From the NCBI GenBank assembly GCA_977017645.1, contig OZ360235.1, positions 66,030,001 to 66,094,000 on the forward strand: a stretch of 64,000 bases of DNA, written 5' to 3'. The translations under genes and the position numbers were made by a program. A model generated the notes under the pieces. That model did no database searches. It had not been told where the DNA came from and saw only the letters and a program-made list of their open reading frames with translations. Of the stretch, positions 1-12,188 are shown one piece after another. Every line of letters starts with the position of its first letter. The stretch's first letter is position 1. Origin of the DNA: Torpedo marmorata (lineage: Eukaryota).

Positions 1-21
1 TTTTTTTCCATCTGCACTCAG

Positions 22-182
22 ATTCTCTTTCTCCAGCTTCTAGTCCATCATCAGTAATATTACCTGTTGCTCCATTAATCCAAGATGAAGCTTCCACCTC
101 TGGGCTATGCATAGAATGTCGAGTGTGTGGAGACAGGGCTTCTGGCTTCCACTATGGTGTCCATGCATGTGAGGGCTGTAAG
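22..182 (+). CDS. PPARA: PPAR-alpha-type nuclear receptor, exon encoding end of A/B domain and first zinc finger
   Basis: ag acceptor at 20-21 and gt donor at 183. Reads (D)[53 protein letters not shown] with the CEGCK P-box. Upstream exons lie outside the window. Confidence 0.95.
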
Positions 183-687
183 GTTTGTATCTTATTTCAG
201 TGGTATTTATTGAAAATATGATGCATTTTGTTGGTGTGATGTTATATTTTTTTTCCATCAATCTCTTCCCAATGTTTTTTTTATTGCTTTGTATTCAATT
301 CTGACAACTTCCTGTTTTTGCTCTGCAGTTTGATATCTTGGTTTCAGTTGCTTGAGATTTGTGATTTGGCAAATGCAATTTGGAGTGGCTGATGACCTTA
401 CTCAACTGCATATTTTCGTGTTTTACTTCCGTTTTACTTTTACTTTACTTACTCATCTGTTTTGTATATTTGCAGTACCAGCTAAAATAAAGTCCCAGCC
501 TCCAAATTTTTTGGAACTTGACTGTTTTGTCTCTAAGGTTATATTTATCGTCATAAGGAAAATTCAATGATGGTCAGACTGGTTCATCCCTGATATTTTA
601 GGGCTGATTTCAGGATCCGACAGGCGTAACAAAAGAATGCACAAGGTTGAATGGTAACAGCTATGTGCTTAGAGTCAGAGTCTAAGT

Positions 688-1059
688 CAGTGGTTTTCAA
701 ACTGCCCCCCTAAACTCACATTCCACCTTAAGCAATCACTATGCCATAAGTGCTCTGTGATTAGTAAGGGATTGCTTAAGGTGGTATGTGAGTGGGAAGG
801 GAAGGTTGAGAACCACTGCTCTAGACCCAATTGTTACTGAAATATTTTGCTTGAGAAAAATTGTCATTGCCCATTTCCTTTTGAGTTATGAAACCGTGCA
901 CATAACGAGTCAATTAGGTATGATTAAAACAGTGGTTTTCAAACTTTTTCTTTCCACTCACATACCACCTTAAGCAATCCCTTACTAATCACAGAGCACA
1001 TGGCATAGGGATTGCTTAAGGTGGAATGTGAGTTTAGGGGGGCAGTTTGAAGACCACTG
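688..1059. mobile_element. Composite hAT (Charlie-like) MITE
   Basis: CAGTGGTTTTCAAACT...AGTTTGAAGACCACTG termini with 8-bp TSD gtctaagt/ctctaagt. Two palindromic ~130-bp units flank a ~110-bp core. Confidence 0.85.
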
Positions 1060-1729
1060 CTCTAAGTGCTCAAGTTGTGGATCATGAATGAGAATTGACC
1101 AAAATGATTTGAAGTCTAGGTAATTGGTCAAAGAAAACAAAACTTTTTGAGGAACCCAATCAATTTTTGTCTTGCAGTGTCGAGTATTTTTTTTGTGTCG
1201 ATACACTCAAGCTATCAAGTACTTCATAATTTTGACCACATTGGAATGCCTCCACCATCTGCTAAATTTGACAATGAAATTTTGGGGTTTTTTTTGAGGG
1301 AGAGAGTGGTTTATGACCCAGAACTTGTTATCTGCAAGGATGTGGAAACCATCAATCAGGACTTTCGAAGGGGAACTGAATTTGATGGGAAATAATTTGA
1401 AGGTCTATGGATAATGTGATTGACAAGCTGAACGGCCTTCTGCAATGTAACAATTCCATGATTCTATTCTCAAGCTCTTTCAAAACATATCTAACATTTT
1501 CAGATTTATTTTTTATAATCTTTGCCCTCTTAAAGCATGAATGTTTTACCAGTTATGTTAATATGTTATCCTTCAAGCTCATGACTGAGGTCAGTATCCT
1601 CTATACATCAGGTAGAAGGTTATAAGTGAGTGCGCTGATGGCTGAAAAGTCTGATCCTCAATTCACAGACTCTCTGATGTGTGTGGTGAATGATTTCATA
1701 GGTGTCTTAGTCGTGTTTCATTTACATGA

Positions 1730-2218
1730 GTAATTCAGAAATGCCGTTTGTAAAGAAATCTATCTATCTCCTTAAGTATGTTCAGTGTCTTGGCCTCCAC
1801 CACTTTCTGTGATAGAGGATTCACAGGATCACTCCTCTCTGAAAAAAGATTTTTTCCTCCCTCATCTTTTATGATGGTGACCTCTTCATTTAAGAACCCC
1901 CATCCCACCAACTCCTGCCAGGAAGGACCTCCTCTCTGCACCCAGTCTATCTAGTTTTGCAAGAATTTTGTATGTGTCAATGAGATTCTCCCTTATTCTT
2001 CAATGTTCGAATGAATACTGGCTTAGCTGACCTAATCTTTCTTCATATAGCAGTCCTACCATTGGGATCTGTCCAGTGAACCATGGCTACACTCCTTTCA
2101 TTTGTAAAGAGATTAAAGCTGTGCTCAGTACTCCAGGTGTGCTTTGACCAAGACCTTATATAATTTGCAACGACGTGTCCTTATTCCTGTGTACAAAGTT
2201 CTTGCAGTGAAGCCCAAC
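1730..2218 (-). mobile_element. Old CR1 LINE 3' fragment
   Basis: The minus-strand translation NLFSER..NPLSQKVVEAKTLNILKEIDRFL resembles the CR1 ORF2 C-terminus. Ends are approximate. Confidence 0.65.
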
Positions 2219-2220
2219 AT

Positions 2221-2466
2221 ACACAGCACCAATAGCCTGAATACGACTGGGATTGTCTGATCTCGGACGCTAAGCAGGCACATAACTGGTCAGTACTTGG
2301 AGGGGAGACCGCCTAGGAACACCAGGTGCTGTAGGTTTCTGTGAGGGGGGCTGGACAACGTAGCGACTCTCTGTCTGCCTTATGGTAGACAAAAATTAAA
2401 GAATTTCATGTATGTTACATTCTAAATGTAGTATTACGTGACAATAATGGAACCTTTACCTTTACC
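2221..2466 (+). mobile_element. 5S rRNA-derived SINE (SINE3-type), copy 1
   Basis: Head GTCTGATCTCGGACGCTAAGCAGG..GGTCAGTACTTGGAGGGGAGACCGCCTAGGAACACCAGGTGCTGTAGGTTT matches 5S rRNA. It is followed by a non-5S body and a (CCTTTA)n tail. A second copy starts at 48285. Confidence 0.88.
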
Positions 2467-2519
2467 TCTTGCATCCTTCATTGTTTGCGTCCTTCTGTGA
2501 TTAGTGTATAAGAGTGGAG

Positions 2520-3860
2520 CAATGCATGCTACAGGCCTAGACATGCAAGGCCCTTCAACTCTTCGTCCGCTACATCAACAACTACTTTGGTGCTGCCTCA
2601 TGCACCCATGATAAGCTCGTCGACTTTATCCATTTTGTTGCCAAATTCCACCCTGACCTCAAATTCAGTTGGTCCATCTCCAGCAACACTCCCATTTCTT
2701 AATCTCTGTCTCCATCTCAGGAGACATACTCTTGACAGACATCTTCTACAAACCCACCAACTCACATAGCTACCTTGACTACACCTCTTCACACTCTGTC
2801 CCCTGTAAGGATTCCATTCCTTTCTCTCAATTCCTCCGTCTCATCTGTTCCCAGGGCGAGATCTTCCATGCTCAATCATCAGAGATGTCCTTCAAACAAC
2901 GTGGCTTCCCCTCTACCACCATCAATTTAGCCCTCACCTGCATATCCTCCATTACCCGCACATTTGCCCTGGCCCCCTCCACCCCCATGCGCAACAAGGA
3001 TAGGATTCCCCTTGTCCTCACCTACCATCCCACCAACCTCCATGTCCAACATATTCTCCTCCGCTATTTCTGCCACCTCCTACGTGATCCCACCAACAGA
3101 CACATATTCCCCTCTCCGCCTTCCACAGGGACTGCTCCCTCCGTGACTCCCTCGTCCACTGCTCCCTCCCCACCCATCGCCCACTTGGCACCTATCCCTG
3201 TGACTGCAGGAGATGCTCCAACTGTGCCTACACCTCCTCCCTCACCACCATTGGGGGCCCCAAACAATCCTTCCAAGTGAAGCAACACCACTTGTGATTC
3301 TGCAGGGGTCATCTACTGCATCCGGTGCTCCCGTTTTGGTCTCCTCTATGTTAGAGAGACTGGGCACAGACTGGGAGATTGCTTCGTTGAGCACCTCGGC
3401 TATTCTGCCGCAATAGCGTGGATCTCCCAGTGGCCAACCATTTCAATTCCCTGACCCATTCCCTTGCTGACATGTCTGTCCATGGTCTCATGCACTGCTA
3501 AACTGAGACCACCCGCAAATTGGATGAAACATCTCTTTTTCTTTTTCTCTCTCTCTCTCTCTCCTTCCCCCCACCCCGCTTTTTTCAGAGCCAAAATCAA
3601 TTCTTACCTTTCCTCTTATCATATCCAATTAACACCTTTTGTTTGTTGGTCTGTTCTCCACCTCCCATTTTTTCCCCCATTTCTCATCCAGTCTTTATTC
3701 AGATGACTGCCTGCTTGTTGCATATACTTTGAAGGGCTCAGGCCGGAAACATCAGTAATATATCTTTATATGGATGCTGCGAGGCCAGCGGAGTTCCTCC
3801 AGCATTTACTGTGCATTTCTACAACAATCACAGTCTGCAGACTTCCGTGTTTCACCCCCA
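2520..3860 (+). mobile_element. Penelope-like element, degenerate RT C-terminus, GIY-YIG endonuclease and 3' tail
   Basis: TDIFYKPTNSHSYLDYTSSH..KDSIPFSQFLR thumb motif and a VIYCIRCS..LYV GIY-YIG region. Frameshifted; the tail is shared with 20180-20320. Confidence 0.85.
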
Positions 3861-4065
3861 CCCCCTTAGTCTATAAGGGCAACCAGGTCCTTTTTTATGT
3901 CAATATTTCCAAAATCTCTCACTAAGTGTAGACTTTCATAATGTACCTTGTCAATACTGCAAGTATCTTGGATAGAGATTGCAGGTAATTTTCGTGAACA
4001 CCAGTGGCTATAGAGCATTCTTTTCAACGTGCAACTCTCTCATCCCAGTAAATCCATGCTTCACT

Positions 4066-5699
4066 AGGCCTTTTCACACCGCCGAGTTCATGTGGGCAGA
4101 CCTTCCGATTTCCCGGGAACCTACCTGTAAAATGTCCAATTTGCAAAGGGCCAACCTGGCATGGCGGGTCAAAATCGACCGGGCTCCGAGACGTAGTCGG
4201 AGGTAGTCTCAGAGCCCGGCCGATTTAACCTGACAGCCGTTCTCTGGCTGTCTGAAAAGGCAAACGGCTCACCTCGTAATGTTACTGACGTCAGCGCGTG
4301 CGTGCTTGCGTCAGTCTGGCAGATTGACAGCCCCCTGCCCCGCTGCCTGACAGCCCCCCGCTGCCTGACAGCCCCCCGCTGCCTGACAGCCCCCCACTCC
4401 GCTGCCTGAGCCCCACTGCCTGACAGCCCCCCTCCGCTGCCTGAGCCCCACTGCCTGACAGCCCCCCACTCCGCTGCCTGAGCCCCACTGCCTGACAGCC
4501 CCCCTCCGCTGCCTGAGCCCCGCTGCCTGAACCCCGCTGCCTGAGCCCCGCTGCCTGACAGCTCCCCGCTCCGCTGCCTGAACCCCGCTACCTGACAGCC
4601 CCCCGCCCCGCTGCCTGAAAACCGCTGCCTGAGCCCCACTGCCTGACAGCCCCCCGCTCCGCTGCCTGAACCCCGCTGCCTGAACCCCGCTGCCTGACAG
4701 CTCCCCGCTCCGCTGCCTGAACCCCGCTACCTGACAGCCCCCCGCCCCGCTGCCTGAAAACCGCTGCCTGAGCCCCACTGCCTGACAGCCCCCCGCTCCG
4801 CTGCCTGAACCCCGCTGCCTGACAGCCCCCCGCTGCCTGACAGCCCCCCGCTCCGCTGCCTGAACCCTGCTGCCTGAGCCCCATTGCCTGACAGCACCCC
4901 GCCCCGCTGCCTGACAGCCCCCCGCCCCGCTCCGCTGCCTGAACCCCGCTGCCTGAGCCCCGCTGCCTGACAGCCCCCCACCCTGCTCCGCTGCCTGAGC
5001 CCCGCTGCCTGACAGCCCCCCGCCCTGCTCCGCTGCCTGAGCCCCGCTGCCTGAACCCCACCACCCCGCTCCCTTCCTCCTCCATTCCCCTCCCTCCCCA
5101 CCTCCTCCCTTTCTCTTCCATTCCCCCTTCCTCTTGCCCCATCTCCCCCCTATCAGCCCCACACCGATCCCACTGCCCCGCTCCATCCCGACAGCCCCGT
5201 CGCCCCGGCGTGAGGGAGCAGGGCAGGGGAACGGGCGGCGTGAGGGAGCGGGCGGCATGAGGGAGCGGGGCGGGGAAACGGGCGGCGTGAGGGAACTGAT
5301 CTGACACGATGCACTTTCAAAAAATGTGTAAAACTTAGGGTCCATTAAAGTGAAATAATGGAATAATTTTGATTGCAAAACACCAATGTTTAATAAAAAC
5401 TTGTCAGGCATCTCGATTTAAAATGCACTCCGAGTTAAACATTGTAATATAATATTCCAAAATCTCTATGTCTTATGTGTAGCGATTCAAATCGCTGTTC
5501 CATGAATCAGTCAGCTGGGCTGTCAGAGCGCTGTACGTAATACGTCACTCGTGACGTCACCGCTGGAGGTGGGACCCCCCTTAAAATCCCGAGTTGGCGA
5601 ATTACCTGCAAATAATGGTGCAGTGTGAAAAGCTCCCGAGTCCAGCGTTCCCTGTAAGTTTTCCCACTTTCTAGGTGGGTTGGCGGTGTGAAAAGGCCT
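4066..5699. mobile_element. Non-autonomous DNA transposon, PIF/Harbinger-like
   Basis: Perfect 18-bp TIR AGGCCTTTTCACACCGCC / GGCGGTGTGAAAAGGCCT flanked by a 3-bp ACT duplication (4063-4065, 5700-5702). No transposase ORF. Confidence 0.75.
4325..5058. repeat. GC-rich variant-unit minisatellite (core GCTGCCTGA, about 40 copies) inside the Harbinger-like element
   Basis: Directly visible units GCTGCCTGA followed by CAGCCCCCC, GCCCC or ACCCC. It produces the GLSGSGAQAA-type repetitive ORFs in the track. Confidence 0.95.
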
Positions 5700-6503
5700 A
5701 CTGACACCAAAATAAAGAGCCCTGACCTGAAATGTCTCCTGACCATTAGTGTAACCAAAATGCACAACAGTTACTTTTGGCAGAAGTCATGCCAATAGGA
5801 GCTGGAAAACCAGTACTTCAGGCCCTCCTTTTAAACATCTGCTAAAGCGCTTTATTTTTAACTGTTGCCTTGCTCCTAGCTAAAGTTTAGCCCCTTGCTT
5901 TATACCTATTTTTGTTCCTTTATATATTCTTCAGTGGGATGCTATCAGCTGGTGAAAACTGCAATAGAAATCCAAGATAGAATTGTTATTTGTCTTTTAA
6001 TGATCCAATATTGTTTTTATTTTTAGGAGAGTGTATGTAATGAGTGCATCTTGTAATCAGCACTTCTCTACATGAGAATCGGATAAATGAGTACTTTGCT
6101 AAAATGGGGAAAAAAAACTATACTACAGTATTTATTTTTTGGAATAATAATACGTTGATCATGGTGTCAATATTCCTTCATACAACATGCTTTTTTAAAA
6201 TTAACTCATTTGACCAGTTGATTGTGGATTATGGCTTCAATTTTGCTGAAATCATGGCTATAGAAGTGACAGTTTATAGCTCTTTTCACTTTTTCCTGAA
6301 TATGTAGTTACATTGTCCATATTAAGGAAACAATAAAGTTCAGAAGGGCTATTTCAGACAAGGGATCGGATTATCAAATCAATATTTTTCTCTGAAAGTT
6401 TTTCAGTATGTTAAAAAAGACAGTTATTAAATACTACTGCTCAAATCAAGATTTATTTATCTGAAATCAAGCTGCTTCATAATTGTCACTTTTACTTTTA
6501 CAG

Positions 6504-6642
6504 GGCTTTTTTCGGAGAACAATACGATTGAAACTGGACTATGATCAGTGTGAACGCAATTGTAAGATTCAAAAAAAGAACCGGAACAAATGCCAGTGCT
6601 GTCGTTTTCAGAAGTGCCTTTCTGTTGGAATGTCACATAATG
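6504..6642 (+). CDS. PPARA: PPAR-alpha exon, second zinc finger
   Basis: cag/gt boundaries. Reads [46 protein letters not shown] with the PPAR-type 3-residue D-box. Phase is compatible with flanking exons. Confidence 0.96.
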
Positions 6643-7505
6643 GTATGTGAAGGTGGCTTAAAGACAAAGGAGACAGAAAAAAAAGTGTGTGTGCGCGCAC
6701 TTCATTTCCTCTCTGTTGCCTGGGAACCTAACTCGTTTGGCAAGCTGGGAATTATGAAACACAGTCGTGCAGTTGTCCTGCAAAAGGTGGATTTTGGCTT
6801 CATGAAGTACTGCCACTTTCCTAAGGTAGTACCCAATGGTCCTTATAATTTGTTGGAGAACAGATTGATAGACTTCTGTGATATTCTGGAAATTCTGATC
6901 CAGAGCCAAAAGGCACCAAGCTGCTTGCTAGGCTTCCTCTGCAATACACAAACATTTAATGGAAGTTATTAGATTTTTGCATCTTTTCAAATTCCATGGA
7001 TCAATTGATGGAGGTGATCATTTGTTTCATATTGGAATGAAGGTCTGCGCAGGAATCCAAGTTGCATGTTATTGGGCTAAACTGTCTGACATTACTCACT
7101 TGGCGATGTGTACCTAAGGGCCACTTTCTGGGACCTGTCCATCGAAGTCTTCATCTCTTTCTGCACAGATTGAAGGGTGGTTGCTACTTATAATTCCTTT
7201 CACTTCATCTTGACTCCCATACATTTGTAAATGGAGAAAAAGGCCTTCCACCAATTACCTACTGGCCCTTATCATGCCCTCCTCTCTTTTTCCTAGCTAT
7301 TTTCCCTCTCCGCATTCAGTCTTGATGAAGGGTTGTCTCTCCATTTCCTTCTACAGATGTTGCCAGACTCACTGAGTTCCTCTAGCAGCTCATTTAGGTT
7401 TTGCTCCAAATTACAGAGAAGGTGGGGAAGGGATGGTAGAACAATGTCTCTGAGTGAGGTCAAATATGTAAATACAAATGAGTTCACATTAGTAAATATA
7501 GCTAT

Positions 7506-8325
7506 TGTTACAAATTCAAACCAGCAACGACAGAAGACGCAATGCAAAAGGAGCAAAATTGAAATTTATATTAATGACAAGTAAACATATAATTTCACAA
7601 CAATCAACCCCACTATAAACACTATTCTTATCTAAAGAGTGTGTGTGTGTGAAGCCCAGACCATTACAGTTCGTGCCCAACCCTCATGTAAAAATGGAAA
7701 ACCTTCCCCAACACCCCAGGTCAGTCATAAAAATAAGTCAGTCCTAAAAATACAGTCCACAAAAATCACTCTCTATGTTCAGAGTCCAAATTCAGCTCTG
7801 TGCGCTGGCACGAAGGACTTCTTAATGAACGTTGGAGAGAGAGACACTGACTGTTTTAAGCTTACAAATCTTGGTCTGCTATATCCTTCCGATGACTTTC
7901 CCTTTTGGTAGGTGCATGAGGGTTGCTGTTCCAAATCAGTATACCACTGATGGAGGCGTGTACTTGGATCTCACAGCCTGTCTCGCTGATCTCACGCGTG
8001 TCACCATGAAAGTTGCTTCATATCAGGATTTTGATATTTTCCCCAGTCTTTCTACTGGAATGCACAAGCCTGGTTTTGGTGTTGTTGCTTCAGCCTTTTG
8101 CAACTCCAAACTGAATGCTTTTTTCAGAGGTTTGCACCTGGTTTTGCAAAAGTGCAACAAAGTATCTTTTCCACAGCCTGTCTCTCTCTCTATGTCTCTC
8201 TCTCTGAGCACAGCCAGCCCTGGGAAAGTTAACTCTTTCAGTACCTGGTCCCAGTGTGTACTCAAAAGACTTCATCCTTCCTGCTGACCGTCCGCAGTCC
8301 ATATGGTCAGTCATGGTCCATAACA
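7506..8325 (-). mobile_element. Solo LTR of the Gmr1-like Gypsy family
   Basis: TGTTA...TAACA termini and 4-bp TSD CTAT (7502-7505, 8326-8329). It is the reverse-complement homologue of the LTR at 59961-60840. Confidence 0.92.
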
Positions 8326-8544
8326 CTATTAAGATCATATTATGCTGCTTTGTCAGTGTAATATGTTGCAAATAGCAAGACTGTGGGACCAAACCAGCTG
8401 GACTATAGAAAAAGAAAAATAGAGCCAAAATAGTTACAGGCAGAAATGTCCAGTTCTGAATCAGTCAATAGGAGTGAATTACCTACAGTTGGAAAATTCA
8501 GTAGTTCGTCCAAAAGTCTTCAATGTACTTAGAAGATTACTTAT

Positions 8545-9890
8545 TGGAGTCGATCCTCAAGGATGAGGTTATGAACTACCTCGAGGTGCATGACATGATA
8601 AGTCCAAGCCAGCATGGTTTCATGAAAGGAAGGTCCTGCCTGACCAACCTATTGGAATTTTTTGAGGTAATCTCAAGTAGGATGGACAAGGGAGAGGCTG
8701 TGGATGTTGTGTATTTGGATTTTCAAAAGGCCTTTGATAAGGTGCTTAATAAGATGAGAGCCCATGGAATTACAGGAAAGATATTAGATTGGGTGGAGCA
8801 TTGGCTGATAGGCAGGAAGCAAAGGGTGGGAATAAAGGGATCCTGTTCTGTTTGGTTGCCGGTTACTAGTGGTGTTCCGCAAGGGTCAGTGTTGGGGCCG
8901 CTTCTTTTTACAATGTATATTGATGATTTCGATTATGGATTGAATGGGTTTGTGGCGAAGTTTGCAGATGACACCAAGATAGGTGGTGGAGTAAGAAGTG
9001 TTGAAGAAACCGAAAGGTTGCAGAGAGACTTGGACAGCTTAGGAAAGTAGGCAAAGAAATGGCAGATGAGATACAATGTTGAGAAATGTACGGTTGTACA
9101 TTTTGGAAGAGGAAATAAGCAGGCAGATTATTATTTGGATGGGGAGAAAATTCAAAATTCGGAAGTGCAAAGGGACTTGGGGGTCCTCGTGCAGGATAAC
9201 CTGAAGGTTAACCACCAGGTTGGATCGGCAGTAAAGAAAGCGAATGCTATGTTGGCATTTATTTCAAGAGGAATAGTGTATAAGAGTAAAGAGGTGTTGA
9301 TGAGGCTCTATGGGGCACTGGTGAGACCTCATTTGGAGTACTGTGTGCAGTTTTGGGCCCCTTACCTTAGAAGGGATGTAATGATGTTGGAGAGAGTACA
9401 AAGAAGATTTACCAGGATGATTCCTGGAATGCAAGGGCTAACATATGAGGAACGTTTAGCGGCTCTTGGACTGTATTCATTGGAGTATAGAAGAATGAGA
9501 GGGGATCTCATAGAAACATTTTGAATGCTGAAAGGATTGGACAGAGTAGATGTGAATAAGATGTTTCCCTTGGGGGTGAATCCAGGACAAGAGGGCACAG
9601 TCTTAGAATTAGAAGGTACCCATTTAAAACCGAGATGAGGAGAAATTTCTTTAGCCAGAGGGTCGTGGATTTGTTGAATTTGTTGCCACATACAGCTGTG
9701 GAGGCCCGATCATTGGGGGATTTTAAGAAGGAGATTGATAGGTATCTAATTAGCCAGGGTATCAAGGGATATGGAGAAAAGGCCGGAATTGGGAATTAGA
9801 TTGGATGTGAGAAAAGTTTAGCTCAGAGCGGAGTTGCGGAACAAACTCGATGGGACGAATGGCCTACTTCTGTTCCTTTATCTTGTGATG
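8545..9890 (+). mobile_element. CR1 LINE, 5'-truncated RT and 3'UTR
   Basis: [40 protein letters not shown] and FADD motifs. Contains in-frame stops. CR1 tail GGGACGAATGGCCT. Confidence 0.92.
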
Positions 9891-10461
9891 AGATATTGTT
9901 CTTCAAGCAGGTGTTGGGTCTCAGCAAGTAAAGCATCATCCTGGCTGTAATGTTTCACTACCCGATGAGCTGAACACATTTTGAGCTCGCTTTGAAAAGG
10001 AAAACTCAACGTTATCAATGAGAATCCCTGCAGAAGCTGACGACCCTGTGATATCTGTCTCTGAGGCCAACGTCAGAACATCCTTCAAGAGGGTGAACCC
10101 TCGCAAGGTGTCAGGCCCTGATGGCGTACCTGGCAGGGTACTGAAAATCTGTGCCAACCAACTAGCTGGTGTGCTCACAGACATTTTCAATGTCTCATTG
10201 CTGCAGTCAGAGGTTCCCACCTACTTCAAAAGGGCATCAATCATAATTGTGCCCAAGAAGAGCAGAGTGAGATGCCTCAATGACTGTCACCCAGTGTTAC
10301 TCACAACTACTGTGATGAAATGCTTTAAGAGGTTGGTTATGGCCAGAATTAACTCATACCTAAGTAAAGATCTAGACCCACTGTAATTCACCTACCGTCA
10401 CAATCGCTCCATAGCAGATGCAATCTCACTGGCTCTCCACTCAGCTCTGGATCACCTAGAC

Positions 10462-10836
10462 CAGTGGTTTTCAAACTGCCCCCCTAAACTTACATTCCAC
10501 TTTAAGCAATCCCTATGCCATAAGTGCTCTGTGATTAGTAAGGGATTGCTTAAGGTGGTATTTGAGTGGAAAGAAAAAGGTTTGAAAACCACTGTTTTAA
10601 TCGTACCTAATTGACTCGTTATGTGCACGGTTTCATAACTCCAAAGGAAATGGGCCAATGACAATTTTTCTCAAGCAAAATATTTCTGTAACATTGGGTC
10701 TAGAGCAGTGGTTCTCAACCTTCCCTTCCCACTCACATACCACCTTAAGCAATCCCTTACCAATCACAGAGCACTTATGGCATAGGGATTGCTTACGGTG
10801 GAATGTGAGTTTAGGGGGGGAGTTTGAAAACCACTG
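10462..10836. mobile_element. Composite hAT MITE, second copy with core inverted relative to 688-1059
   Basis: Same CAGTGG termini and internal structure. 8-bp TSD acctagac/acatagac inside the Rex1 RT. Confidence 0.88.
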
Positions 10837-11729
10837 ACATAGACAACAGCAATATGTACATCAGACTACTTTTCATCGACTACAGCTCAGCTTTCAAACA
10901 CCACCTGGGCTCTGCACCCTCCTCTGCAACTGGATACTTCACTTCCTCATTGCAAGATCAGAGTCAGTACAAATCCGAAACAATGTCTCCTCCTCACTGA
11001 CAATCAACACAGGCGCACCTCAAGGATGTGTGCTTAGCCCACTGCTTTCTTTGCTCCTAACCCATGACTGCAAATGCCAACTACAAATTTGCTGATGACA
11101 CCACGGTCATTGGCAGAATCACAGACGGCAATGAGGAAGCGTACAGGAGTGACCTAGATCAGCTAGTTGAGTGGTGTCACAACAACAACCTTGCACTCAA
11201 CATTAGCAAAACTAAGGAACTGTTTGTGGACTTCTGGAAGGGGAAACCAGGAGAACACAAACCAGTCCTCATCGAAGGGTCAGCAGTGGAGAGGGTAAAG
11301 AACCTCAAATTTCTGGGTAACAACATCTCCAAGGATCTGTCCTGGAGCCTCTACGTCAATGCAGTCATGAAGAAGGCCCGCCAGCTGCTATACATTGTGA
11401 GGAGTTTGAGGAGATTTGGTATGTTGCTGAAGATTCTTGCAAATGTCTATATTGGAGAGCATTCTGACTGGTTGCATCACTTTCTGGTATGGAGGTGCCA
11501 ATGCACAGGACAAGTAAAGACTACAGAGAGTTGTGAACTCGGCCAGCGCCTTCATGGGCATCAGTCTTCACTCCATTAAGAAAGCAGCCTCTATCCTCAA
11601 GGACCCCCACCACCCTCTTCACACTGCTGCCATCAGGAAGGAGGTACAAGAGCCTGAAGACGAACACCCAATGTTACAAAAACATCTCTGCCATCAGATT
11701 TCTGAATGGACAATGAACCACAGATAATA

Positions 11730-12188
11730 CAGTACAACTCAGATTATCCGAAATCGGATTATCTGAAATCCTCAGTTATTTGATATTTTTTGGACCCGGA
11801 AGTGACGTCATTTCGCCTCCGAAATTTTTCAGATAAATGAGGATATCCAAAACAATCAGAAATCCTCAGTTATCTGAAATTTTTTTTCGGAGCCGAACTG
11901 ACGTCACAGATTGAAAAAATTTTGGAATTCTGGAAAAACCTCTGAGTAGAATTTCGAGGTTTTGGTGTTGGATTTATCTTATTTTGTTCAGGTTGTTTTT
12001 TGGTGAGAATTAAACATTATTTTGTGCTTAAAAAGCCTTCCCTTGTTGTTTGTTGTTTTTTAAAAGCTGTTACAAGTGATTTGCTGTTGCTACTGGGCTG
12101 TTTTTAAAAAAATGACCAGTTATCCGAAAATATTGTTTATCCGAAATAGGCCCGGTCCCGACCATTTCGGATAATAGGAGTTGTACTA
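11730..12188. mobile_element. Tc1/mariner (Tigger/pogo-like) MITE
   Basis: TIR CAGTACAACTCAGATTATCCGAAAT versus ATTTCGGATAATAGGAGTTGTACTA, with TA flanks. Internal TTATCYGAAAT repeats. Confidence 0.8.

Noticed and set aside
2221-2340. Functional 5S rRNA gene
   Set aside because: The 5' third is diverged, there is no T4 terminator or tandem array, and it is fused to a body and tail shared with a second dispersed copy, so it is a SINE.
4169-5411. Long Gly/Ser/Ala repeat ORFs (up to 366 aa), silk-like or CRISPR-like
   Set aside because: All minus-strand frames are open because the minisatellite lacks stops there. The spacers are not unique and there are no cas genes.
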